IMG/VR virus record: IMGVR_UViG_3300030330_005091
Coordinates: 32,001 to 96,000 of that record
Source of the DNA: a virus
Lineage: Duplodnaviria > Caudoviricetes
Direction: 5' to 3' (one strand)
Length of the DNA: 64,000 nt
The notes under the pieces were generated by a model. The model had not been told where the DNA came from. It was given only the letters and a program-made list of their open reading frames with translations, and did not search any database. Position 1 is the first letter of the stretch. The number at the start of each line of letters is the position of its first letter. A program made the translations under genes and the position numbers. Shown one piece after another: positions 40,108 through 49,718 of this stretch.

Positions 40108-40452
40108 TTATTTATATTTTTTGACTAACCCCTCAGACAACAAAGTGTTATTTACGTGGATCTCGCCATATTCTCCAATAAGTAGTACCCCAAGACATCT
40201 TCCATACTTACCGATCCCTTCAGACATTAAAATAAAATTACCATTTACTGTGTATAGAAGCTCTTGCAAGCGAGCTTTGGCGGCAAGTCCTTGGTTTTTC
40301 TCGTGCAAGTTTTTTGTACGTGTTTCAGGGGCATTAATGCCGTATAAACGAATTCTTTTTTTAACCCATATATCAAAACCTAAATCAATCATGGCATCAA
40401 CTGTGTCGCCATCAATAACTTCTATTAGTTTTGCATTGTATTCATTTTTCAT
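40108..40452 (-). CDS. thermonuclease (SNase-like)
   Basis: VIDGDTVD, RIRLYGINAPE, GKYGRCL. Confidence 0.9.
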   Translation of the reverse strand: MKNEYNAKLIEVIDGDTVDAMIDLGFDIWVKKRIRLYGINAPETRTKNLHEKNQGLAAKARLQELLYTVNGNFILMSEGIGKYGRCLGVLLIGEYGEIHVNNTLLSEGLVKKYK

Positions 40453-40934
40453 TTTGACAAGCCTCTGCGTCCGTAGCCGCCGCGCTGCCAAATATGGTTC
40501 ATAATATGTCCGGTAACAGAATTGTCTTTAAAACCTAAAGCATGTCCTATTTCATGTTCTAAAACTCTTGGCTTGTTTTCCCACCCAACCTTAATTTCTA
40601 TTTTCGCTTTAAAAACTTCTCCAGTATCGGTTCTCCACCAAGTTTTTGTAGTGCCAAGATGATCACCAAAATCAAAACCTTGACTTGGAATATCAATCAT
40701 AATAGTTCCATATGGAGGTTCGCCCGTTACGCAAGGTAAATAATCTCGCGAGGCTCTCATAACAATTCCAAAATCATGATTTAAAGATTTCCAAAATTCT
40801 GTAGCACGATCAATTCTTAAGTTTGTAACTCGTGAATCACTACAAACAATAATATCAGGTTTCATTTCCCATGTTGGTTTTGTAGCAAACAAGTTTGTTA
40901 CAAGCAACAATGCCATACCGACACAATATCCCAC
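40449..40934 (-). CDS. matrixin-like secreted zinc metalloprotease
   Basis: HEIGHALGFKD and IMN Met-turn; signal peptide. Confidence 0.7.
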   Translation of the reverse strand: MGYCVGMALLLVTNLFATKPTWEMKPDIIVCSDSRVTNLRIDRATEFWKSLNHDFGIVMRASRDYLPCVTGEPPYGTIMIDIPSQGFDFGDHLGTTKTWWRTDTGEVFKAKIEIKVGWENKPRVLEHEIGHALGFKDNSVTGHIMNHIWQRGGYGRRGLSK

Positions 40935-40971
40935 AAGGCGCCCTCCTTGATCGTTATATTAGTATCTAGTG

Positions 40972-43521
40972 TTAGTTAGAAAGAAAACGCTTCCAAGTCT
41001 TAACTAAGTATTCATTTAATCCCGCGGTGGCTGGACTTTCTTGTTCTGGCCATTGTCCTGAGTTGATTGTGGCTGCTATTTGTGCTAAAGTCTTATTGAA
41101 TACCACAGTAAGGTTATCTTCATCGTCCATATCGCCCTCTACAAGCTCTTTAAAAAGAGTAACCATCTCATCGGGTTCGTCACGGTTTACTGAGAAGGTA
41201 ACGGTAACTCTGAGTTCTCCTTCAACATATTTATTTGCAAAAGCTTTCATTGATAAAAAGTAATCTGTATTTACTGTTTGTTGCGGTTCTTGTAACAAAT
41301 TACGACGTAACTGAATTTTATAATCGCGAGAATTCAAAATGTCTTTTAAAACATCTTCATTCATTTTAAATTCTTCAACATCATAGTCAAACGAGTATGA
41401 CGCGTATGTTTCATAACTATCTTCATAATCTCCGTCAGTTTCTACATCCCACTCATATGAAGAAACTTCACCGTTTTCAACATCTACAGCAAAGTTTATG
41501 TATTCGCCACCTTGTATAAATCCTTCGCGTGCAAAATAATTTGTAAGTATTTCTTTGAAGGCATCGCGCTTGTCATCTATAATAGTATCGACTGCTGCAC
41601 AAAACTCTTCATACTCTTCGTCTAATGCAAGAAAACGGCCTCCTAACTCTGGGTGTTCTGGCTCTACATCACAATGCCATACAATCAAATCTTCGCCGCG
41701 GCGATTACGTGTTCTTTGCAGATAAGCACCATCAGTCTTTAACAAGTCGCCATATATCTCGTTAATTACATCTGGAGAATACATTACAGCACGATTAACA
41801 GCATTTGGTAAACTATTCCAATCACTTGCCTCCCATTCAATTTGAATTTTTGCTCCTACGGCGATATAAACACCACCATCACCGTCGTCTTCTACATTAT
41901 ACTCAACCTCACATGCCGCCATATGGTTGTTCCAATAATCTGTTCTTCCGCTGCAATAATTTTCGTATTGCTGAACAATATCACCAATTAAATCAGCATC
42001 TAAATTATCTTCAGTGTCTGTGTTTTGTTTCATATTGCCGCTAACGAGAGCTTCTGGACCTAATAATTGTCTCATCAACTTTTCACGACCAGCAGCATTT
42101 GCAGTATCTTCGTAAGAACCACCAAAAATCATAAACCTATTGAGATCAATAATATTATTATCATTTTTAGGCATGTTTTCAATTACTTCTTTTTGATTTT
42201 GTCTAGCCCAATCAGTAACTCTATTTAAAATTCCTGGAATACCTGCGCCATAAATACGAGTTTCTGGCATACCAACGTCTATACCGTCATCATAACGTTT
42301 GGGAGCGTCTGTATCATAGTATCTTACGTGCCTAATGCGTGAACGAGAAATAGGCTCTATAGTTCCTGCATATTGACGCTTATCATCATAGAATATTTCA
42401 CCATCTTGCATTTCCTCTTCAATTTCATCCATGGACATATCACTTCGCCCACTCCACTTAACAATATCTTCGGTTTCCACCACATATGCTACCGCTCCGT
42501 GGCCCTGAGCCTCAGCTACAGCGCATTTATAGTAAGATTGATAGGCACTTGTGCGACTTGCGGGTGAATGACATGATGTAATGTTGTCAAAATCACTCAT
42601 TCTTAGCACATCAATAGGATGACGAGTAATAATAATAGAATATTTGTCATTTGTAATATTTTTTATCTCATTTTTAATATATCCGGCATTTTGTTGCCAA
42701 TATTTGGCTGATTTGGGCATTTTAGTAACTTTTCCGGCTTGAGCATCCTCATATCCACCATAATACTTGCTTAAAAAACCCATCGATGCAGTTCCGGCGT
42801 ATAATTCGAGACCATTCATGATTTGGTAGAGTCGTTTAAGCTGCTCGGTTGTAAGAGCCTTTTGTATCTGTCCTACAGAAAAATTTACACTCCAAGAAGC
42901 CGAATTAGGTTTTTCATAAACGTGTTTAGCAACTATTTGCCGCATTTCTTTGAAATCTCGCAACAATTTGTCTAATTTCATGAAATATTTGCCAATTTTC
43001 ATCTGAAATTTCTTATTTACCTTCTTTTGTGGTGTACCATAGTCTGATAGTGAGCTTACAAAGTTCTCATCGTTCTCGATGGAGTTCTCTGTCCATTCTC
43101 TTTGGGCTGAAACAATGCCTTTTTCCCAATCGACTTGTAATTCAAATTCCTGATCTAACATTTTGGCAAACTGGCCAAGTTCAGACTCAGTATCCATTGT
43201 TGGAAACGGTATAATGGTGCGCATATTGCCATTAAAAAGGTTATTTAGCGGTAAATTTGCTGGTTCAAGTTCATCTAAGACATCTTCAAGCACACGCATT
43301 TCGTCTTCGGTGATTTCACGAAGCACTTTTTCTTCATAAAGTTCAATTTCTTCGTTTTTACGCTTCTTGCGCTTCTTTTTCTTGGACTTTTTGACACAAT
43401 TCGGATACATTTTTCCGAACATCTTCTTCATGCCCTTTTTTTCATAGCCTTTCCAGCATTTTTCTTGCAAATTTGCCAATAATTCAGTAGTATTGGCTAA
43501 AATTTGTTCATCAGTAGCCAT
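40972..43521 (-). CDS. large hypothetical protein (putative head-associated)
   Basis: 849 aa; N-terminal CWKGY...PNCV module; TRHPIDVLRMSD...SCH core. Confidence 0.7.
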   Translation of the reverse strand: MATDEQILANTTELLANLQEKCWKGYEKKGMKKMFGKMYPNCVKKSKKKKRKKRKNEEIELYEEKVLREITEDEMRVLEDVLDELEPANLPLNNLFNGNMRTIIPFPTMDTESELGQFAKMLDQEFELQVDWEKGIVSAQREWTENSIENDENFVSSLSDYGTPQKKVNKKFQMKIGKYFMKLDKLLRDFKEMRQIVAKHVYEKPNSASWSVNFSVGQIQKALTTEQLKRLYQIMNGLELYAGTASMGFLSKYYGGYEDAQAGKVTKMPKSAKYWQQNAGYIKNEIKNITNDKYSIIITRHPIDVLRMSDFDNITSCHSPASRTSAYQSYYKCAVAEAQGHGAVAYVVETEDIVKWSGRSDMSMDEIEEEMQDGEIFYDDKRQYAGTIEPISRSRIRHVRYYDTDAPKRYDDGIDVGMPETRIYGAGIPGILNRVTDWARQNQKEVIENMPKNDNNIIDLNRFMIFGGSYEDTANAAGREKLMRQLLGPEALVSGNMKQNTDTEDNLDADLIGDIVQQYENYCSGRTDYWNNHMAACEVEYNVEDDGDGGVYIAVGAKIQIEWEASDWNSLPNAVNRAVMYSPDVINEIYGDLLKTDGAYLQRTRNRRGEDLIVWHCDVEPEHPELGGRFLALDEEYEEFCAAVDTIIDDKRDAFKEILTNYFAREGFIQGGEYINFAVDVENGEVSSYEWDVETDGDYEDSYETYASYSFDYDVEEFKMNEDVLKDILNSRDYKIQLRRNLLQEPQQTVNTDYFLSMKAFANKYVEGELRVTVTFSVNRDEPDEMVTLFKELVEGDMDDEDNLTVVFNKTLAQIAATINSGQWPEQESPATAGLNEYLVKTWKRFLSN

Positions 43522-43524
43522 TTT

Positions 43525-44370
43525 TCACTTACCTTTGCGAGAATATTTACCTGAACATTTCCATTTTTGTCTAGAAAGACACAATGGCGTCCCTCTATCT
43601 TTGCCAGAGCAATCTTTTCCGTGAGATTTCATATCTCCATACGATCTAGCACAATATGCATTGCCTTTTCCAGTCCCAGGCTTAATTCTTGCACCCCCGC
43701 CTTTAGCTTTTCCAGCTTGACCATACGAAACACACTTACCCTTTACTCTTCTAGCAAATTTTTTACCCTTAGATGGCTTGCAAGCTTTTTTCTTTTTCTT
43801 TTTTTCTAAAAGTTCATCATCTTCTTCAATCAACCCGTAATAAAGTGATTCTTCAAGGTAATTTTCGAGTTCTTCTTCCATATATGATTTATTCTTTACA
43901 ACTGCAAAAGGATCAAGTTCTTCTGTTTCATCTTTTTCACTTTCATCCATGCCTCCACCTTCAATTTTTTTCAATAATGCAGCCATTAGCGGTGTTCCGA
44001 TAGCCAAACCAGCAAGCATAGGTGACATTTTTACCAATACATTATAAACAGTTATGAGGTTTTCCAGTGTAAGGTTCTCAACACCTTCTTTCATTCCATC
44101 TTTGTTTTTTAAGAGAGGAAGTAAGCCTGCAACTGTTGAAGCAACATCATCAACCTCTTCTTTATTCGCCTTTGGGCCTAAAAGATCCATAAAGAGCTGG
44201 ACTAATTCGCCCCTCATTTCAGTTTCAAAACCAGGGATACCGCCGGCACCTGCCTGAGCCATTTTTTGAGCTAGCTGTGCTCGTGGATCCATGCTTGGAT
44301 TTTCTTTTAATTGAGAAATTTCTTCTAAAATAAGCTGTTTAAGTAAATTGCTGTCAAGTTTTGTTGTCAT
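43525..44370 (-). CDS. hypothetical protein, acidic N-part and basic Cys-rich C-module
   Basis: LKQLILEEI leader; SYGQAG, YCARS. Confidence 0.7.
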   Translation of the reverse strand: MTTKLDSNLLKQLILEEISQLKENPSMDPRAQLAQKMAQAGAGGIPGFETEMRGELVQLFMDLLGPKANKEEVDDVASTVAGLLPLLKNKDGMKEGVENLTLENLITVYNVLVKMSPMLAGLAIGTPLMAALLKKIEGGGMDESEKDETEELDPFAVVKNKSYMEEELENYLEESLYYGLIEEDDELLEKKKKKKACKPSKGKKFARRVKGKCVSYGQAGKAKGGGARIKPGTGKGNAYCARSYGDMKSHGKDCSGKDRGTPLCLSRQKWKCSGKYSRKGK

Positions 44371-45200
44371 CCTTTTTTTCCTTTCTTAGATTTTTTGCCC
44401 CACTTGCCTCTTTTACCGCATGCTCCTGGGGTGGGGCGACACGAAGGATATTTTGAACGCTTTTCTCCGCCTGATCTTCCGCATGCAGAGCACTTTTTAC
44501 GTCCTGTTTTCTTGTCTTTGCGGCATGTGTTACAATCAACCCAGCCGCTTTTCTTGCCTTTGGCTCCTTTTCGCCCAAACCAATCACGCAATGAGGTTTC
44601 GGACGATGGCTTAGCCGTCAGTTTTCTTTTTTTTTTACGTTTTTTCTTTTCATCCAAGCTGTTCATTAAAATAACATCACCATCTTCGTGGATTTTAATA
44701 TTGCTAGCGGAATCAATTACCTTTTTAATGTCTTTTTTAGATGCTTTAGTGTGTTTTTTAAGTGCGTCCATGCCTGCTGCGCCGCCTTCTTTACGCAAAG
44801 CGTCGATAACTTTTGATTTTAAATTCGATATCTCTTTTTTTTCTTCTAAAACTTCAAAAAGAGTGTAATAAATAAGATCATCAATAGAATTAATCGGTTC
44901 TGCTTGTCTTTCTTGCAAAACTTGTGTTAATTCATCTTCAATAATAGCTTGAAGATGTTCTTTCTTAGAGTTACCCCAGTTTTTAGCGCCAACATTACGA
45001 CACTTAACAAGAGCACCAGAAGCATATGCACTTGGCCAGACCTTGTAACGTGATTTTACCTTATGATAACATGCGTCTTTTTTACCTTTCTTAGCTTTCT
45101 TTTTAGCGCGCTTCTTTTTTCGTTTACGCTTAGCAGACTTAGATGATTTTTCATCTAAGTCTTCCATTTCTTCTGCTAATTCGCCATATAAATCATTCAT
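44367..45200 (-). CDS. Lys-rich modular protein
   Basis: KKDACYHKVKSRYKVWPSAYASGALVKCR and SLRDWF..GWVDC..YPSCRP modules. Confidence 0.75.
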   Translation of the reverse strand: MNDLYGELAEEMEDLDEKSSKSAKRKRKKKRAKKKAKKGKKDACYHKVKSRYKVWPSAYASGALVKCRNVGAKNWGNSKKEHLQAIIEDELTQVLQERQAEPINSIDDLIYYTLFEVLEEKKEISNLKSKVIDALRKEGGAAGMDALKKHTKASKKDIKKVIDSASNIKIHEDGDVILMNSLDEKKKRKKKRKLTAKPSSETSLRDWFGRKGAKGKKSGWVDCNTCRKDKKTGRKKCSACGRSGGEKRSKYPSCRPTPGACGKRGKWGKKSKKGKKG

Positions 45201-45651
45201 TACTATCAAATCCTGCTATTTTTAGAGCTTTCTCCAATAAATAGATCGGTATTTCACTATTGGCAATGTCTTTTATTTGTTCAACAGTTGCCCACCTCCA
45301 ATCATCATGCTCTACTTGCCCAGTATGTGGATTTGGTTTTTTCACATCAACGTTTCCGGACCACTTTTGAGTCAAAAAATAATACTTTTTTGGCTTTGGC
45401 ATACCAAGATACACCAAATTATCTGTCTGGCAAAGTAAATTAGTCTCTTCATCGAGTTCGCGAACTGCCCCTGATTCTATAGATCGGTCTTCAGTATCAA
45501 TATGACCACCAGGCAGAGTCCACTGTCCTTCTCTCTCATCAATATTTGAGCGTCTAATAATTAAAAATTGTTGTTTATTATTGAGACAAGCAACAACACC
45601 TACAATCTTTAGCTCATTCTCTGTTAAATAATTTTCCCACAATAGACTCAT
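45193..45651 (-). CDS. NUDIX hydrolase
   Basis: PGGHIDTEDRSIESGAVRELDEETNL Nudix box. Confidence 0.9.
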   Translation of the reverse strand: MSLLWENYLTENELKIVGVVACLNNKQQFLIIRRSNIDEREGQWTLPGGHIDTEDRSIESGAVRELDEETNLLCQTDNLVYLGMPKPKKYYFLTQKWSGNVDVKKPNPHTGQVEHDDWRWATVEQIKDIANSEIPIYLLEKALKIAGFDSNE

Positions 45652-46371
45652 TTATTTACATGCTCTAGGTTTCTCTGGCATGCTGTCACAAACTGTCTTA
45701 AGAGCAAGTTCCATATTTAAATTCTGTATTGGTGCCACCCAAATCATATTTTCTTGTGGTAATCCGTTTTGTATATCAATACCCCACAATATTCCAATTG
45801 CTTTACCATCTTGATCGTATACTAGAGAACCACTACACCCAAACCAACCGTATGTGTTTAGCAGCATTTGAACACCAGCAGCCGGGTCTGTTTCATAACC
45901 TGCCACATAACCCCTATAAGTCATTAAATTGTGCCATGATGGATAACCTGAATAGGTAATTTCTGTTCCAACCTGTGTTAGCTTTTCGGACGGCTCCCAT
46001 TTAATTCCTTTTTGGTGATCAAAACTTTTTGGCAAGTAAATTACAGCAATATCGTGCAAAGGATCAGAATAAACAAGAACTCCAAGTCTTTGTTCACTCA
46101 AAGTCCTAATCAAATACGTAGTTCCTAAATTTGAATCAGCAACATGTTGCGCTGTTAAAACTAACTGTATGTCCTTATATTTAACTAAGCCGCCTGAGCC
46201 ATGTCCAGTGTGCGACATTACCTTAACAGCGGATTCCCTTGCTCTTTTTTCGATTGAAGTCATCGTGGAGCTAACTTCAATTGGCTCTGTTTTATAATCT
46301 TGTGTAGTAACCGTTGTAGCTGGTGTTGCTGCAATTAAAAGCAAGCAAATAGCAGATAATAATATTCTCAT
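45652..46371 (-). CDS. secreted trypsin-like serine protease
   Basis: Signal peptide; LTAQHV, DIA, GCSGS. Confidence 0.85.
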   Translation of the reverse strand: MRILLSAICLLLIAATPATTVTTQDYKTEPIEVSSTMTSIEKRARESAVKVMSHTGHGSGGLVKYKDIQLVLTAQHVADSNLGTTYLIRTLSEQRLGVLVYSDPLHDIAVIYLPKSFDHQKGIKWEPSEKLTQVGTEITYSGYPSWHNLMTYRGYVAGYETDPAAGVQMLLNTYGWFGCSGSLVYDQDGKAIGILWGIDIQNGLPQENMIWVAPIQNLNMELALKTVCDSMPEKPRACK

Positions 46372-46523
46372 TTTCTATGATCCTCCTGACTTAAGTAGTT
46401 AAGCATCAGTTGTCATGTGGATCAGGCACCAAAAAAATAGTAGATAACAATAGACAGTTTAAAATATGCAATGGTATTATATCATACCTTGAAAACAATA
46501 GACCATAAACTATTACTCCAATA

Positions 46524-46817
46524 TTAATCCCTATTGCCGCTACGCATATTTTTGTCCATAGTTGTTTTATTTTTTTCATCAGCCGGCCTAGAAATAACTT
46601 CTATAACACTTGGAGTTTGTTTAGAAATTGTTTGTGTCTCAAAAGTATATACATCTATACATGGAAACATTTCTAATTGATTGATTTCTTTTTTACCAAC
46701 CACTATGCCGTGATGATAATATGTGCTACCATCAAAATTATGTTTTTTTACTTTTACTAAATATCCTGGTTCAATATCCCAGACTATGTTTCCAAGGAGA
46801 TCATCGATTCGATCCAT
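46524..46817 (-). CDS. small SH3/KOW-like protein
   Basis: IEPGYLVKV..HGIVV..IEVIS. Confidence 0.55.
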   Translation of the reverse strand: MDRIDDLLGNIVWDIEPGYLVKVKKHNFDGSTYYHHGIVVGKKEINQLEMFPCIDVYTFETQTISKQTPSVIEVISRPADEKNKTTMDKNMRSGNRD

Positions 46818-47233
46818 AATTCAGCTTCCTTAGTTGTGTTAAATTTTGGAGATAATCCCTCGATGTATTTGCTGGTGCCGGCTTGGATAGCGGCCCATTG
46901 CCATTTCCAATCAGTTTCTCTATAATAAATTAATGCAGTGCATACTGATTTATTATCAATACCTTTTTTGGATGCAATACGCCCTAGAACACGGTTTCTG
47001 TCCCTTAAGAATTTTTCATTTGTTTCATTAATTTGCTCAGATTGTCTTTCTTGTGACATATCTGCCCTTACGAGACTAAATTTAAGATTTTTTAGTTTTT
47101 CACTTAGATTATTTTTTATATTATTTTCAAAAAATGAAATATGTTCATCTTCTGTTGCTTCAAATTGTGCTATTGGTGCTTTAGCACGCTTGCCGTTTTT
47201 AAAAATTTTGTAAACATTCCAATTATAATTCAA
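46784..47233 (-). CDS. hypothetical protein
   Basis: 149 aa, AGGAGG SD. Confidence 0.65.
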   Translation of the reverse strand: MNYNWNVYKIFKNGKRAKAPIAQFEATEDEHISFFENNIKNNLSEKLKNLKFSLVRADMSQERQSEQINETNEKFLRDRNRVLGRIASKKGIDNKSVCTALIYYRETDWKWQWAAIQAGTSKYIEGLSPKFNTTKEAELWIESMISLET

Positions 47234-47519
47234 AAGTTCCTCCTGTTACTGAATGCCATTCGTATGTTCCAACCACTATAGAAAGTTTCAATCCTTCTTC
47301 TTCTAATATTGTATGCATAGGTGACTCTTCGTAGAATTCTTTTACAACATTATTGATCCATTTGACTTCCCAAACGTATATGTCATCTTCTACTATATCA
47401 ATATGTCGGTTTCTTTTGATAAGAATACCAATATGACCGCCAACATTGTCTACTACTATATCACCTACACTTAGTATAACATGTTTAATTTTATTATGCA
47501 AGTCTTTGTATGTGCTCAT
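47223..47519 (-). CDS. small SH3/KOW-like protein
   Basis: LSVGDIVVD..IGILI..WEVKW; paralog of 47523-47798. Confidence 0.6.
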   Translation of the reverse strand: MSTYKDLHNKIKHVILSVGDIVVDNVGGHIGILIKRNRHIDIVEDDIYVWEVKWINNVVKEFYEESPMHTILEEEGLKLSIVVGTYEWHSVTGGTFEL

Positions 47520-47522
47520 ACT

Positions 47523-47798
47523 CTAATTATTTTGATAAAGTTCGAATAAGCCTTCGCGTATCATATTTATTAGCCCAGATTCGGTATACACATACATACG
47601 GACTGTAGAATTGCTAACTTCTGAGCCCGACCACAAAATTTCCCAAGCATTTATACCTGGTAGTTTTTCTTCTATTTGATTATTAAAATTTTCAAGAAGA
47701 TCAATTTTGCGCACCAATATTCCTGATTCTTTAGATTCTGGGTCAAAAATTATATCACCAATATTTAGATTTATAGAAAAGCTGTAAGGATCCACCAC
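47523..47798 (-). CDS. small SH3/KOW-like protein
   Basis: LNIGDIIFD..GILV..WEILW. Confidence 0.6.
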   Translation of the reverse strand: MVDPYSFSINLNIGDIIFDPESKESGILVRKIDLLENFNNQIEEKLPGINAWEILWSGSEVSNSTVRMYVYTESGLINMIREGLFELYQNN

Positions 47799-47820
47799 AT
47801 ATGTATATAGGTGGTGAAAA

Positions 47821-48075
47821 TCATATAGCTTTAAGCCAAGTTTTGTTAATTTTTACACATTCTCTTATGGATTTTTCTAAATTATTGTTTTTGTCAATAT
47901 TACATTCAGCATGCGGAACAAGTATAAAGTTATTTTGAATTGCGCTATGCTCTATTTCTATTGGTTGCTCATTCTTAAAAATCATAGGAATTGTTAATTT
48001 TCCTTCGGTTTGTTGAGTGTTTACCATCACCGAACTAGCACCTAAAACAGCGATTGAAGTGATAATAATTTTCAT
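47821..48075 (-). CDS. exported hypothetical protein
   Basis: Signal-like N-terminus. Confidence 0.5.
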   Translation of the reverse strand: MKIIITSIAVLGASSVMVNTQQTEGKLTIPMIFKNEQPIEIEHSAIQNNFILVPHAECNIDKNNNLEKSIRECVKINKTWLKAI

Positions 48076-48125
48076 TGCAAATCTCCCATGTCCCCATAAA
48101 TAGTATATAATTTTTGTATTGTCAT

Positions 48126-48323
48126 TTAGTTGTTTATTGTAATGTATTGACCACGATTTTCACGCACAAGCCAAATATCTTTTGCTATTTTAGGATAGCG
48201 CACAAGCATCATATCTGTCTCTTGATCGACACTCAGCACGTAACCTAGAGAGCGATCATTGCGAAATTCATCTCTAATCCAAGAGCCGATGCTAGCGTTT
48301 TTATAAAACGATTTTTTAATCAT
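48126..48323 (-). CDS. small SH3-like protein
   Basis: SIGSWIRD..LGYVL..LVRY. Confidence 0.5.
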   Translation of the reverse strand: MIKKSFYKNASIGSWIRDEFRNDRSLGYVLSVDQETDMMLVRYPKIAKDIWLVRENRGQYITINN

Positions 48324-48604
48324 TAAATTTTAATCCGATCAATAATATACGGGTGATGGAAAGATAAGTCTTTGTAAAGTTTCTTAATAATCTGCTTTGA
48401 AATATCTGCCATCTCTTTTTGAGTAGCTTTGTCATTCATAGCAGCTTTTACCTCTTCCTTTACTGTTTTTTCGACTGTTTTTTGAACTGCATCTTCCAAA
48501 TCTTTTTTGAGAACATTTTTAATTAATCTCTCAATATCAGATTTATCAGTTTTACTTAATTCTTCAGAAATAATTTGTTTAATTTGATACAAGTCAATGG
48601 TCAT
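48323..48604 (-). CDS. helical hypothetical protein
   Basis: IKQIISEEL leader, GAGG SD. Confidence 0.65.
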   Translation of the reverse strand: MTIDLYQIKQIISEELSKTDKSDIERLIKNVLKKDLEDAVQKTVEKTVKEEVKAAMNDKATQKEMADISKQIIKKLYKDLSFHHPYIIDRIKI

Positions 48605-48633
48605 GTCTTTTACCTCGTTAATAAATAGTGTTG

Positions 48634-48858
48634 TTATTCTTTTATCTCATAAGCTAGTTGCAGATGTTTTGCCGATACACTAACTTTTGTTTTATTGTGC
48701 AGCCATAATACACGATACATTCTGCTGCGTGTGCTTTCTATACCAACTTCAATAACTATTCCTATTTTATGTGCCTCTGGTGGATTTTCTATCTCATAGC
48801 CTGTAAAGACCACCAAATCACCTACCATAAATTCACCCACTTGACTATTGTAACTCAT
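48634..48858 (-). CDS. small SH3/KOW-like protein
   Basis: FMVGDLVVF..IGIVI..YRVLW..HLQL. Confidence 0.65.
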   Translation of the reverse strand: MSYNSQVGEFMVGDLVVFTGYEIENPPEAHKIGIVIEVGIESTRSRMYRVLWLHNKTKVSVSAKHLQLAYEIKE

Positions 48859-49130
48859 AACTCTAATATGTGCAAACGTTTTTCTTTAATTTTATCATAT
48901 TCGCTTTGGTAATTTTCAACTTTTACCAAATGATCACCATTCCACATTCCTGCATAAAATGAATTAATAGGGGAATTTGTCCAACGCACGATATATTCAT
49001 TTTCTTCGTATACTTTAATGATGATGCCGATGTATTTTTCAAAATCAAAATCTAAAATATTGTTTCTAAAATCTGGAGCAATTGTAACCAAATCGCCTAC
49101 AACAAATGTGCGCCTATAAACCCTGCCCAT
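48855..49130 (-). CDS. small SH3/KOW-like protein
   Basis: FVVGDLVTI..IGIII..IVRW..HLVKV. Confidence 0.65.
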   Translation of the reverse strand: MGRVYRRTFVVGDLVTIAPDFRNNILDFDFEKYIGIIIKVYEENEYIVRWTNSPINSFYAGMWNGDHLVKVENYQSEYDKIKEKRLHILEL

Positions 49131-49137
49131 ATAATAA

Positions 49138-49377
49138 CTATGGATAATAAAAGATTTCTACTTTCCCATCTGGTCTTCTTCTGGCATTTCCTTTCCATGT
49201 GCAAAAATCAATGTGCATTTCTTCGCCCTTTTTCCACATGCGAGTAGCCTGGTCAGATTTAGAACAATGTGCCCACCCCGTGGCACCAGGACAAGACCAA
49301 TAAATTGCCGACCCGCACAAAGGGCAATTGTAAGAACCATTGACAACGTTAAATAAAGATTTCTTTTCGCCTTCCAC
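49138..49377 (-). CDS. zinc-finger-like protein
   Basis: CPLCG...C...C. Confidence 0.5.
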   Translation of the reverse strand: MEGEKKSLFNVVNGSYNCPLCGSAIYWSCPGATGWAHCSKSDQATRMWKKGEEMHIDFCTWKGNARRRPDGKVEIFYYP

Positions 49378-49381
49378 AGTA

Positions 49382-49657
49382 TTAGGTAGTGTTTGGATTC
49401 AAAACCTTATACTTCTTTAAGCGAGATATTGAATGCATCCAAACCCTGTTTCCATATCCAGCCGGTAAAGTAATCCACCATATTTTTGCCATATTCATTC
49501 TAGGGTATCCAGTGATTCCATTGTCATATAATTCCAATATTATAGCCACACCGCCGTGGCAAGAGCAGGTAACAAGCATACCCTTTTTTAAATTGTGTTT
49601 TGGAGGAATTTCAAAAAACTCTTTCACTCGTCGCTTCGCCCGCCTAAAAATACCCAC
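49382..49657 (-). CDS. small SH3/KOW-like protein
   Basis: LKKGMLVT..AIIL..KIWW..RLKK. Confidence 0.55.
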   Translation of the reverse strand: MGIFRRAKRRVKEFFEIPPKHNLKKGMLVTCSCHGGVAIILELYDNGITGYPRMNMAKIWWITLPAGYGNRVWMHSISRLKKYKVLNPNTT

Positions 49658-49718
49658 ATTAATAGGTAGTCAGCGAAGTTGTGCTTTTTTCGAACTTTTT
49701 AAACCGTAAATTTTTTTC

